Part shown: piece after piece, positions 24,143-36,106 of the stretch
Position numbering within the stretch: position 1 is the stretch's first letter
How the letters are laid out: every line of letters starts with the position of its first letter
NCBI GenBank assembly: GCA_030390025.1
Contig: CM059432.1
Location: forward strand, 68,326,001 to 68,390,000
Direction of reading: 5' to 3'
DNA length: 64,000 nucleotides
From: Squalus acanthias
Taxonomy: Eukaryota
Notes under the pieces: generated by a model
Databases searched by the model: none
Told to the model about the DNA's origin: nothing
What the model saw: the letters and a program-made list of their open reading frames with translations, nothing else
Made by a program: the position numbers and the translations under genes

Positions 24143-27100
24143 GTGCAGGGTAGCGATAGGGGTAATAATAACCAAAGTGTGACAGGAAGGGACAGAGCAT
24201 ATACACAGAAGAGTGCATCAGAAAGAGGGGTCAGAGTAGAGAAAAATGGTAAAAAGACAAAATTAAAAGCTCTATATTTGAACGCACACAGCATTCGTAA
24301 CAAGATAGATGAGTTGACAGCACAAATAGAAATAAATGGGTATGATCTGATAGCCATTACAGAGACGTGGTTGCAAGATGACCAAGGCTGGAAACTGAAT
24401 ATTCAGGGATATTTGCCATTTCCTCAGGATAGGCAGAAAGGAAAAGGAGGTGGTGTAGCTCTTTTAATAAGGGATGAGATCAGTGTGGTAATGAGAAATT
24501 ATATTGGCCTAGAAGATCAAGACGTAGAATCAGTTTGGGTGGAGATAAGAAATAATAAGGGTAAAAAGTCACTGGTGGGAGTGGTCTACAGGCCCCCAAA
24601 CAGTAGCCACACTGTAGGACAGAGAATAAATCAAGAAATAATAGAGGCTTGTAAGAAAGGTACAGCTATAATCATGGGAGATTTTCATCTTCATATTGAT
24701 TGGACAAAGCAAATTGGCAAAGGTAGACTTGAGGAAGAGTTCTTAGAGTGTATACTGATGGTTTCTTGGAACAATATGTTGTGGAACCAACCAGGGAGAA
24801 GACTATTTTAGATCTGGTAAAGTATAAAGAGGCTGGATTAATTAATGATCTCAAAGTGAAGGATCCTCTTGGGAAGAGTGATCATAGCATGGTTGAATTT
24901 CAAATTCAGTTTGAGGGTGAGAATGCTAGGTCTCAAACTAGTGTCCTGAACTTAAACAAAGGTAATTACAAAGGTATGAAGGCAGACTTGATTAAAGTGG
25001 ACTGGGAAAATGTATTACAGGGTAAGACTGTAGAAAAGCAGTGGCAAACATTTAAGGAAATATTTCATAACTCTCAGCAAATATATATTCCAGTGAGAAA
25101 GAAAGACTCTAAGAGAAGGATGAACCATCCGTGGCTAACTAAGGAAGTAAAGGATGCTATCAAATTGAAAACAAAAGCATACAATGTTATGAAGAATAGT
25201 GGAAGGCCAGAGGAGTGGGAAATTTTTAAAAAGCAGCAAAGGACGACTAAAAAAATGATAAAGAAAGAGAAGATAGCTTATGAGAGTAAGCTAGCAAGAA
25301 ATGTAAAAACAGACAGTAAGAGCTTTTACAGGTATATAAAAAGGAAGAGAGTAGCTAAAGTAAACGTTGGTACTCTAGAGGATGAGTCTGGGGAATTAAT
25401 AATGGGAAACAGGGAAATGGCAGAGACCTTGAACAAATATTTTGTCTCGGTCTTCACAGTAGAAGACACTAAAAGCATCCCAATAATGGATAATCAAGGG
25501 GCTATTGGGGTGGGGGGGGGGGAACTTAAAACAATCACTATCACTACAGAGAAAGTACTAGGCAAACTAATGGGACTAAAGGTGGACAAGTCCCCTGGAC
25601 CCGATGGCCTGCATCCTAGGGTCTTAAAAGAGGTGGCTGCAGAGATAGTGGATGCATTGGTTGTAATCTACCAAAATTCCCTGGATTCTGGAGAGGTCCC
25701 AGGGGACTGAAAAACCACAAATGTAATGCCCCTATGTAAGAAAGGAGGGAGACAGAAAGCAGGCAACTATCGACCAGTTAGCCTAACATCTGTCATTGGG
25801 AAAATGCTGGAGTCCATCATTAAGGAAGTGCTAGCAGGACATTTAGAAAATCATAATATAGTCAAGCAGAGTCAGCATTGTTTTATGAAAGGGAAATCAT
25901 GTTTGACAAATTTGCTAGAGTTCTTTGAGGATGTAGCGAGCAGGGTGGATCAAGGGGAACCAGTAGATGTTGTGTATTTGAATTTCCAGAAGGCATTCGA
26001 TAAGGTGCCACATAAAAGGTTACTACACAAGATAAGAGCTCACGGGGTTGAGGGTAATATATTAGCATGGATAGAGGATTGGTTAACTAACAGTAATCAG
26101 AGAGTCAGGATAAATGGGTCATTTTCAGGTTGGCAAACTGTAACTAGTGGGGTGCCACAGGGATCAGTGCTGAGGCCTCAACTATTTACAATCTATATTA
26201 ATGACTTGGATGAAGGGACTGAGTGTAATGTAGCCAAATTTGCTGATGATACAAAGATAGGTGGGGAAGCAAATTGTGTGGAGGACACAAAGAATCTCCA
26301 AAGGGATATAGATAAGTTAAGTGAGTGGGCAAAAATCTGGCAGATGAAGTTTAATGTGGGAAAATACGAGGTTATCCACTTTGGTAGGAAAAATAAAAAA
26401 GCAAATTATTATTTAAATGGGGAGAGATTACAAAATGCTGAGGTACAGAGGGATCTGGGGGTCCTTGTACATGAATCACAAAAAGTTAGCATGCAGGTAC
26501 AGCAAGTCATTAGGAAGGCAAATGGAGTGTTGGCCTTTATTGCAAAGGGAATGGAGTATAAAAGTAGGGAAGTCCTGTTACAACTGTACAGGGCATTGGT
26601 GAGACCACACCTGGAGTATTGCGTACAGTTTTGGTCTCCTTATTTAAGGAAGGATATACTTGCATTGGAGGCAGTTCAGAGAAGGTTCACGAGGCTGATT
26701 CCGGAGATGAAGGGGTTGTTTTATGAAGAAAGGTTGAGCAGGTTGGGCCTATACTCATTGGAGTTTAGAAAAATGAGAGGGGATCTTATCAAAACATATA
26801 AGATTCTGAAGGGTCTTGACAGGGTAGACGCAGAGAGAATATTTCACCTCGTGGGGGAATTTAGAACTAGGGGGCATAATTTCAGAATAAGGGGACACCC
26901 CTTTAAATCGGAAATGAGGAGGAATTTCTTCTCTCAGAGGGTCGTGAATCTTTGGAATTCTCTTCCCCAGAGAGCTGTGGAGGCTGGGGCATTGAATATA
27001 TTTAATGTGAGAAGTCGCACAACACCAGGTTATAGTCCAACAGCTTTATTTGAAATCACAAGCTTTCGGAGCACTGCTCCTTCGTCAGGTGAAGTGACTT

Positions 27101-27310
27101 CACCTGACAAAGGAGCAGTGCTCCGAAAGCTTGTGATTTCAAATAAAGCTGTTGGACTATAACCTGGTGTTGTGCGACTTCTCACATTTGTCCACCCCAG
27201 TCCAACACCGGCATCTCCACATCATGAATATATTTAAGGTGGAGATAGACAGATTTTTGAACGATAAGGGAGTCAAGAGTTATGGGGAGCGGGCAGGAAA
27301 GTGGAGTTGA
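24143..27310 (+). pseudogene. CR1 ORF2 (endonuclease + RT), disrupted
   Basis: Frameshift near 24750, stop at 25708, and an insertion at 27006-27224. Confidence 0.9.
27006..27224. mobile_element. Penelope-derived palindromic insertion (family A) with back-to-back hammerhead motifs
   Basis: Inverted arms of about 85-90 bp plus a short 3' extension; 13-bp duplication TGAATATATTTAA at 26993-27005 and 27225-27237. Confidence 0.9.
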
Positions 27311-27403
27311 GGCCAAGGTCAAATCAGCCATGATCTTATTGAATGGCGGAGCAGGCTCGAGGGGCCAAATGACCTACTCCTGCTCTTACGTCTTATGTTC
27401 TTA

Positions 27404-28404
27404 TGGAAAAGGACAGGAAGCAATCTAGAGTAAGAATGTTTAACTGGGGGAAGGCCAATTTCAGTGGGATGAGAACGGATCTGGCCCGGGTAAACTGGAA
27501 TCAAAGATTGGCAGGCAAAACTGTAGTGGAACAATGGGCTGCCTTTAAAGAGGAAACAGTTCGGGTACAGTCGAAGTACATTTCCACGAGGGGAAAAGGT
27601 AGGGCAACTAAAGTCAGAGCTCCCTGGATGATGAAACAGATAGCCAATATAATGAAGCAGAAAAAGAACACGTATGACAGATGTCAGGTTACAAATACAT
27701 CTGAGAATCAGGCTATACATAGAAAGGTCAGAGGAGGAGTGAAAAAGAAAATAAGAGGGGCAAAGAGAGGGTATGAGAATAGAATGGCAGCCAACATAAA
27801 AGGTAATCCAAAAGTCTTCTATAGGCATATAAATACTAAAAGGGTAGCAAAAGGAGGGGTGGGGCTGATTATGGACCAAAAAGGAGGCCTATGCATGGAG
27901 GCAGAGGGTATGGCTGAGGTACTAAATGAGTACTTTGCATCTGTCTTCACCAAGGAAGAGGATGCTGCCATAGACATAGTGAAGGAGGAGGTAGTGGAGA
28001 CACTTGATAGTATAAAAATTGATAAAGGAAGTTATTAGAAAGGCTGGCTGTACTTAAAGTAGATAAATCACCAGGAGCGGATGGGATACCTCCTAGGATG
28101 CTGAGGGAATTGAGAGTGGAAATCGCGGAAGTACTGGCCATCATATTCCAATCCTCCACAGATATGGGGGTGGTGCCAGAGGACTGGAGAATTGCAAATG
28201 TTACACCATTGTTCAGAAAAGGGTGTAAAGATAAACCCAGCAACTATAGGCCAGTCAGTTTAACCTCGGTAGTGGGGAAGCTGTTAGAAACAGTAATCAG
28301 GGACAAAATTAACAGTCACTTGGATAGGTGTGGATTAATTAAGGGAAGCCAGCACAGATTTTTTTTTGATGAGGTAACAGAGAGGGTTGATGAGGGTAAT
28401 GCGG
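27404..28404 (+). mobile_element. CR1 ORF2 internal fragment (different subfamily)
   Basis: FNWGKANF, APWM, LNEYFASVFT, NYRPVSLTS. Confidence 0.85.
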
Positions 28405-28405
28405 T

Positions 28406-28580
28406 CGAGATAGACAGATTTTTGAATGATAAGGGAGTCAAGGGTTATGGGGAGCGGGCAGGGAAGTGGAGTTGAGGCCAAGATCAGATCAGCCATGATC
28501 TTATTGAATGGTGGAGCAGGCTCGAGGGGCCGAATGACCTATTCCTGCTCCTACGTCTTATGTTCTTATGTTCTTATGTA
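28406..28580 (+). mobile_element. Short CR1 3'-end insertion
   Basis: Closely matches 27242-27403; (CTTATGTT)n tail. Confidence 0.88.
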
Positions 28581-29251
28581 TGTTCTAACAGCACATAATT
28601 TCTGTTGCTGTTTACTGGGGTCACCAGGAGTGCATCAGCATTTTCAGTGAGTCCCTGATCGTAAGCCAATATTTACCCCTAGGCCGTATGATAAATTGAG
28701 CACATTAATTTTTCAGAGCATCCACTGAATAAATTTATTTTTGTTGTTTACAGGCAGTAAAAGTTTTCTGCTAATATTCAGCTGCATTAATAAAGTTTTC
28801 AAAATTGATGTTAATTAAGTGGCATTTTAGCTGATTGAGAAGCATTAAATGATTATTATTGCAGTAGTTATTATCAGCTGCCAGTTTTTGACTACCACCA
28901 ACAAAATCCTAATCTCACAAATCGATTTGCTAATTATGTGAACTATGATGAATAACAGGCATTTAGCTCATTTTACCTCGAGAGGAAACCATGGCCTCTA
29001 GATACCTTAGGAATATTGATAATATTTACAAACAGGATGCTCATCTACAGTCAAGAGACCAACAGATTACATGGAGTACATTTTAGAATCCAGCCTAGAA
29101 ATGCATTCCTAATAATGTGTATTAATGTGTGCTCACAGTGGGTGGTTAAGAGTGAACTTACCATACAAGTGGTCATGAGTCAGGATAAGTCTGGTCTGTG
29201 ACTGAGTGCTGGAGCTGTAAGTGCGCATACAAACCCCAAACTAATGATAAT

Positions 29252-29993
29252 GGGCCGAAAATTGATCCCGGGACGCGAGAGTACGCACTGCGTACTCTCG
29301 CGTATTCCCACTCCAATTGCCGGTTTTCTGCATGCCCTGCGCGTGCGCTGAAAACCGGCAATTGCTCTTCTGAAAAGGGGGCGGGTCCTGGGTGCATCGC
29401 GTGCGCGCTACAGGCTGCGCGCACGCTGTGCACTTCATGCTTTGGACGCGCAGGTAAGTAAGGAAGATTTTGGAAATGTAAAAAGGAGGAGTAAGACCCG
29501 CTTTTAAGAAGGTAAGTAGTGAATTAAGTATTTTTTTGAATTTTTTTTTACAGGTATATCTTTTTTAGAGACTTTAAAGACAGGTAAGTTTATTTTTATA
29601 ACTTTTTAAAAGATTTAAAAAATTTTCAAAAATTTAATTTTTTATTTAAAATGGTTAATTTAATTAACTATACTTATTTTATTAATGTGATGGGGTTTTT
29701 TTTAAATTTAATTGAGGTTTAGCTGTTATTTTGGGGGGTGTAAGATTCATAGATTTCACAGGGTGCTGTGAAACTTATGAATGGAAGATGGTGTGCTGCC
29801 ATTGGCTCTAACTGAGTCACGTGATCCCACAGCTCGCACGAATTCACTACGCCGCTGGGATACGCAAGCACTGCCCAGCTGATCTCTAGAACATGAAGTT
29901 CGTGCGAGCTGGATCTGAAAAAGCACAAGCGAGGTGAGAGATCGCGGGAAAGCCTTACCCCCGCGGGAACAGAGCGAGATCAATTTCTGGGCC
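29252..29993 (+). mobile_element. Harbinger-type MITE, sister of 54497-55239 in opposite orientation
   Basis: TIRs GGGCCGAAAATTGATC / GATCAATTTCTGGGCC; flanks AAT/ATT. Confidence 0.9.
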
Positions 29994-30226
29994 ATTATCT
30001 ATATAAATCTGGAATGAATCTATTAATCATTGTTGATGACCTTGAAAAATGAACAGTGTAGCATCAAAGCCATGTGGACTGTATGGGTGAGAAGGCAATT
30101 GGTAATGGGGAAAAGCGGGTATATGATATCATTAAGTGCTACATTTCATCTGGCATCTGAGAAAGAAAGTTATGGAAAATAATCTGCATATTACGACAAA
30201 AGATGTTGCATGTTACAGAGACACTG

Positions 30227-30600
30227 GGGGAAGAATTTAACTCATGGCGGTCCAATTTGCACCCAAAAAGCGGGCAGCCAAAAGTTGAAAATCAGGAGCG
30301 GGCCTTGGCCGCCCCATTGACGCCCAAGGCCCCCCGATGCCGTATTTAGGCGGGCCTGTAAATGAATGAGTTGTAGGACCCCAGTGCAAAATTCAAGTAC
30401 AAATGGGCAGTGCTTGCTCTGCACAAGCTCTGCGTAGTTGTACCAGGTCTTCAGAGGCCGAACCAGCAGTCCTTGAAGCTGCTCAAAAACATCTGCAAAA
30501 CTTTTTCAAAACTTTATTTTTGTGGAGTCAGGAGGAGCAGGAGTGCTCCCCCTGCCTCCACAAATATACTGTGGGCTGCTGCCGGCCTGGGATCGACTCA
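30227..30600. mobile_element. Partial Harbinger-type MITE
   Basis: Starts GGGGGAAGAATTTAAC; GC-rich interior resembles 32164-32871; right end not found. Confidence 0.5.
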
Positions 30601-30639
30601 ATTTATTGTAGGTTCAGTGCTACAACCTCACAGTGGGTG

Positions 30640-30745
30640 GAAGTCCCACCCTACCTCAGGCTGTATAGTTAAATGCATGGTGGGGCTTGAACTCACAACC
30701 TTCTGACTTAGAGGTAAAATGCTACCACCTAAGCAATGCTGACAC
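30640..30745 (-). mobile_element. tRNA-derived SINE head fragment
   Basis: The reverse complement has A/B-box-like GCTTAGGTGGTAG and GAGTTCAAGCC, similar to 34040-34105. Confidence 0.6.
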
Positions 30746-31409
30746 TTAATCCACACCTTCTTTCACCAGTTTCAATACCATCGAACTAACATGATCTTTA
30801 AGTGATTATCTGATTTTGTTTTTCACAAAAACGGTCCAATTATTGCTTCCGTTTAGCGAGAGTTTACCAACTTCTGATGCAAAATTTGAGTTTTCCATGT
30901 TTCCAGTTACTTTAAACTAAAGTGGAAGAACTTGATATAAAATACTGTACAGCAGAATCTGATTGCTGCAAAAAATATTATGAACAGCATTAGCTACAAT
31001 TTAATTGTCACTTTGACATATATTAGTTTTAATTTCTTTGAGAAGATTATTAAGCCAAATTTGAATTTGTACTGCAACTTAATGTAATACTGTCAGTGAA
31101 ATTTCCTGTGCTTCCCATTTCTTAAATAAAATGTTGAAAATAGCCTCAATTAATGACAGTTTAAACATTTTCTTTTTTGATAAACTATTAGTCAGTTAAA
31201 AGGATAGTCAAACATTGGATTCAGTTTTATAAGAAGACATAATAAGAAGAATATTTGAACAAACACACTGGAACTGTCAAGGCTTAATCCATTTGTCAGA
31301 AATAGCCTTACAAACTGGAAGAGCTTTGGAAATTAGTCTATTTGTGATGCTATGCTGTGTGTCTTTTCTTAGTAATTGCCAGCAACTGCTGAGAAGATTA
31401 CAATAAAGT

Positions 31410-31497
31410 AGCCCTTCTCAAGGGCAATTAGGGATGGGCAATAAATGCTGGCCTTGCCAGCGACGCCCACATCCCAGGAACGAATAAAAGAAAAAAT
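31410..31497 (+). mobile_element. 3'-terminal fragment of the second LINE family
   Basis: GGGCAATAAATGCTGGCCTTGCCAGCGACGCCCACATCCC plus an A-rich tail, as at 36885-36945. Confidence 0.85.
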
Positions 31498-31818
31498 TGA
31501 TCTGAGTAATAATTTATTTGTGACTTTGTTCTTTGTCCTGAGTCTTTTATAGGATTGTATAGAAAGATGCTAGAAGCAGTTTGTCTAAATGCACATGGGT
31601 CACTTGTCATTTGAATGTTAAAGTGACCTGCCACTTATAAGATCATTAAAATTACTGCAGCTTCAAAGAATCTTGATAACTGACAATATTACTGCTACAA
31701 TATTGTATGATTGATCTATATTTTCAATGGTTAAGGCGGTGGGTGGCGTAACAGGTCAAACTCTGTCCTGTCACCTCTGAGTCCATGATTTGAATTGAGC
31801 CCAGACTGAAGAGGTGAA

Positions 31819-31964
31819 GGCCTAGAAATTCGTCTCGGGCAGTGATGCAAAATGGACGGTCTCGGATTGCAGTCAGTGGAACTGAATATCAGACACTGCG
31901 TATAACGGGCAGCCGATCAGATACCGCCCGTTTTGCCCCACCACCCAAGACAAATTTCTAGGCC
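31819..31964. mobile_element. 146-bp Harbinger-type MITE
   Basis: Perfect 12-bp TIR GGCCTAGAAATT with further imperfect pairing inward; flanks GAA/GAC. Confidence 0.85.
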
Positions 31965-32163
31965 GACGGTTTTCTCTGGTTGGCTATATGGATGCTACGT
32001 AAAATCGTTTACTAAGCCCAAATCCTGATAGCAATTCCGTGGCACAGAGCTACACAGAATTTGACAGTAACTTTGAAATCTCATTCAAGGATGAGCCCAA
32101 GATGGCAGATTTGGTGAATGGAGCCACTGACACGACTGCAGAACAATGGCCCCGATATTGATA

Positions 32164-32871
32164 GGGGCAAGTTTTATAATCGAGGGGAGGAGGTTCGGTC
32201 AGGAAACCCGGAAGGCTGGGTTTCACCGCATGCTGTGGAGTTTTAACTCCACAGTATGTATCTTTGTTTTTCAACAGGATCTCCGCCTGGAAGCCAGCCT
32301 GATTGACAGGCTTGGCTCCCAGTCGGGTGGGGAACATTCTGGAGCAGGCCGCAGCCCCAGGTAAGGTGCATGGGGAGTATGATCCCAACCCCGGGGGAGG
32401 GCATCCGATCCCAGGGAGGGTTCAATTCCTGACCCCGGGGGGGAGGGGGGGTGTCCGATCCTGGGAAGGATAAATCCCGGGGGGTGGGGGTCTTTGGATG
32501 GGGAGGGAGTCCGATGGCGGGCAAATCAGCACATAGCTTGGTGGGCCGTGAGGAAGCACTTTGCTCCTCTTGGCCCACAAGCAGTGCCGTAAGGTCACTT
32601 ACATTTTCTCCGAAGCTGTTCCCGCCTCCCTTCAGCTGCCGGGTTTCCCGAGGTCTGGGAAACCTGGCCAGCCAGACAGGTTAAATGTGAGGCTCCTAGC
32701 CTCATTATAATATTTAAATGGCCAACCCACCTCCTGTGAGCAGGTTGGCTGCCTGTCCCCTGTCCCGCCTCCATTAAACCCGAAAGTGGGCGGGTTGGAG
32801 GCGATACTTAAAAAAAAATGTACATATCACCCGTCCCAAATCCACCTGCTCTTGGGGGTTAAACTTACCCC
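32164..32871. mobile_element. Harbinger-type MITE
   Basis: GGGGCAAGTTT ... AAACTTACCCC; flanks ATA/AAA. Confidence 0.75.
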
Positions 32872-34217
32872 AAATGTGTCTTACAGAGGCTAAAGCACAA
32901 TGTTGGGAGAAAGCTGAGAAAGGATGGGGAAATGGTCAAAATAATTTTAACGTAAAGTATTTCTGTGAGTCCACGGCAGCCTCAGGCAGACCTCGGTTCT
33001 CATGAGCAGATCCTTTGGTCTAACTTAGGCTGGCTGCTCTTGAGATCAAATGTATTTGATTTGCTTATTGCTATTGGATGTTCATCCTCTACAATCTCAT
33101 CCCAGATATAAGTCAATGGCTCAATACCAAGAGGGACTCAAAGCTGGAGACTGACTCATCAACCAAATACACCATTCCATTCAGAAGAATCAATATAGTG
33201 GGGTTCCATGAGGTGGACCATATTGTGCACCCTATGCTACACCTGAACTTGGAGTGCTTGATACTGGCAAGTGCCAAAAAATTAAAAAATATTAGACCTG
33301 ATTTTAACTTGAGGTGAGAATCGTGCAGGGACCGACGAGGGCAGCAAACTGTCCTGGCCTTGGCAGCGTGAGGCACAGGCAATTTTAACTCCCAGGCTTC
33401 AGCAACATGCCACAAGTCAATTGCCTGCCCAAAATTAGCAGGAAGCGGCAGCTGGCTGGTGGGCCGGATCAGAATATTGGGCTGTAGGAGGCCACTCAGG
33501 AGCAAACCAGGAAGTGGGTAAGCTCCAAAACTTTTTTAAAATGTTAGAGAGAGCAAAACAAAGATTGGGGCCCTCACATGGGGAAAAGGCAAACCTGAAA
33601 TAAAGATGAACAAACTTTAAAAAAAAATTTGTTTCTAAAAATTTTAATTTTTATTAAAATGGTTAAATTTGACTTTGCATAAAATTAAAATTAGTTTTTC
33701 AGGGCCATAATCTTTGTTTAACAGTCAATATGCTGTTAAAACCCCAGTTAGACCTAATCCAACAAGGTTTAACTTTTAGTGGGGAATTTAGCGGTGTTAC
33801 TGCGGAAGATCCGAAGTTTTCGTCAGTTTCCCTGATTTGAGAGATTTAACTGACTGCCGGCTCTGTGGCTGGGGTGGGGGCAGGCGGGGGTGGGCGGGGT
33901 GAGGCGAGGGACGGCCACAGCGCAGCCTGTGGAGCAGCAGTGATTGACAGACCGCAACTCCAGGATTTACGCATTAGGCTGCCCTAAATCCTGAAGTTGC
34001 GGTCAGTTTCAAAAGTGAAATGATGCCGAGCATGTCAGCTGTGGCTCAGTGGGTAGCACACTCGCCTCTGAGCCACAGGGTTGTGGGTTCATAGTCCCAC
34101 TCCAGAGACTTGAGCACAAAAATCTAGGTTGACACTCCAGTTCAGTACTGAGGGAGTGCTGCACTGACGGAAGTGCCGTCTTTCAGATGAGACGATAAAC
34201 CAAAACAAGGCTATGTC

Positions 34218-34578
34218 TGATCTCACTGAAACATACAAAATTCTTACAGACCTTGACAGGGTAGATGCAGGGAGGATGTTTCCCCTGCTGGGATGTCTAG
34301 AACCAGGGGGCACAGTCTCAGAATAAGGTGTCGGCCATTTAGGACTGAGATGAGGAGAAATTTCTTCACTCAGAGGGTTGTAGAGGCTCAGTCGTTGAGT
34401 ATATTCAAGACAGAGATCAAAAGATTTTTGAATATTAAGGGAATCAAGGGATATGGGGATAGTTCAGGAAAGTGGAGATGAGGTAGAAGATCAGCCATGA
34501 TCTTATTAAATGGAGGAGCAGGCTCATAGGGCCAAATAGCCTACTCCTGCTCCTATTTCTTATACTCTTATGTTCTTA
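34218..34578 (+). mobile_element. CR1 3' fragment inside the SINE
   Basis: RTRGHSLRI, FFTQRVV and a CR1 3' tail. Confidence 0.88.
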
Positions 34579-36029
34579 GATCTAGCAGCTCAAATCTGGG
34601 CATCCATGAGGCGCTGTGGGCCATCAACAACAGCAGAATTGTATTCCAACACAATCTGTAACCTCATGGCCCGGCATATCCCTTACTTTACCATTACCAT
34701 CAAGCCAGGGGATCAACCATGGTTCAATGAGGAGTGTAGAAGAGCATGCCAGGAGCAGCACCAGGCGTACCTAAAAATGAAGTGCCAACCTCTTGCAGCT
34801 ACAACACAGGACTACACGCATGCTAAACAGCAGAAACAGCATGCTATAGCCAGAGTTAAGCGATCCCACAACCAACGGATCAGATCAAAGCTCTGCAGTC
34901 CTGCCAGATCCAGTCATGAATGGTGGTGGACCATTAAACAATTAACGGGAGGAGGAGGCTCCATGAACATCCCCATGCTCAATGTTGGCGGAGCCCAGCA
35001 CGTGAGTGCAAAAGACAAGGGTGAAGCGTTTGGAACCATCTTCAACCAGAAGTGCCGAGTGGATGATCCATATCGGCCTCCTCCTGAGGTCCCCACCATC
35101 ACAGAAGCCAATCTTCAGCCAATTCGATTCACTCCATGTAATATCAAGAAACGGCTGCCTGCACTGGATACAGCAAAAGCTATGGGCCCCGACAACATCC
35201 TGGCTGTCATGCTAAAGACTTGTGCTCCGGAACTAGCCGTGCCTCTAGCCAAGCTGTTCCAGTACAGCTACAACACTGGCATCTACTCGACAATGTGGAA
35301 AATTGTCCAGGTATGTCCTGTCCACAAAAAGCAGGACAAATCCAATCCAGCCAATTACTGCCCCATCAGTCTACTTTCAATCATCAGCAAAGTGATGGGA
35401 GATGTCGTTGACAGTGCTATCAAGAAGCGCTTACTCACCAATAACTTGATCACCGATGCTCAGTTTGGGTTCTGCCAGGACCGCTCAGCTCCAGACCTCA
35501 TTATAGCCTTAGTCCAAACATGAATAAAAGAGCTGATATCCAGAGGTGAGGTGAGAGTTACTGCCCTTGACATCAAGGCAGTATTTGACCGAGGAGCCCT
35601 AGTAAAATTGATGTCAATGGGAATCGGGGGGAAAATCCTCCACTGGCTGGAGTCATACCTAGCACAAAGGAAGATGGTTCTGATTGTTGGAGGTCAATCA
35701 TCTCAGCCCCAGGACATCACTGCAGGAGTTCCTCGGGCAGTGTCCTCGACGCAACAATCTTCTGCTGCTTCATCAATGACCTTCCCTCCATCATAAGGTT
35801 AGAAGTGGGGATGTTCGCTGATGATTGCACAGTGTTCAGTTCCATTCGCAACTCCTCAGATAATGAAGCTGTCCATGCCCGCATGCAGCAAGAGCTGGAC
35901 AACATTTAGGCTTGCGCTGCTAAGTGGCAAGTAACTTTCGTCCCACACAAGTGCCAGGGCAATGACTATCTCGAACAAATGTGAGAAGTCGCACAACACC
36001 AGGTTATAGTCCAACAGATTTATTTGAAA

Positions 36030-36066
36030 TCACAAGCTTTCGGAGCGCTGCTCCTTCGTCAGGTGA
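36030..36066 (-). ncRNA. Minimal type I hammerhead ribozyme motif (minus strand)
   Basis: Reverse complement reads UCAC CUGACGA A GGAGC-agc-GCUCC GAAA GC UU GUGA. Confidence 0.75.
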
Positions 36067-36068
36067 CT

Positions 36069-36106
36069 TCACCTGACGAAGGAGCAGTAGCTCCGAAAGC
36101 TTGTGA
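36069..36106 (+). ncRNA. Minimal type I hammerhead ribozyme motif (plus strand)
   Basis: UCAC CUGACGA A GGAGC-agua-GCUCC GAAA GC UU GUGA: core, stem I, stem II and palindromic AAGCUU at stem III. Confidence 0.75.

Larger units (their letters stand above)
23390..27403 (+). mobile_element. Near-full-length CR1 LINE (partial ORF1, ORF2, 3' tail)
   Basis: ORF1 esterase region to 24077; ORF2 LYLNA, AITETW, KFADDTK; CTTATGTT tail at ~27385-27403. Confidence 0.92.

Noticed and set aside
27001..27162. Novel C-terminus on the CR1 RT ORF 25726..27162
   Set aside because: Read-through into the palindromic Penelope-derived insertion.
33078..33317. 79-aa ORF as a host exon
   Set aside because: No recognisable domain, weak splice signals, and it runs into MITE-like sequence.
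34040..34110. tRNA gene
   Set aside because: It is the tRNA-derived head of a SINE and continues directly into the SINE body.
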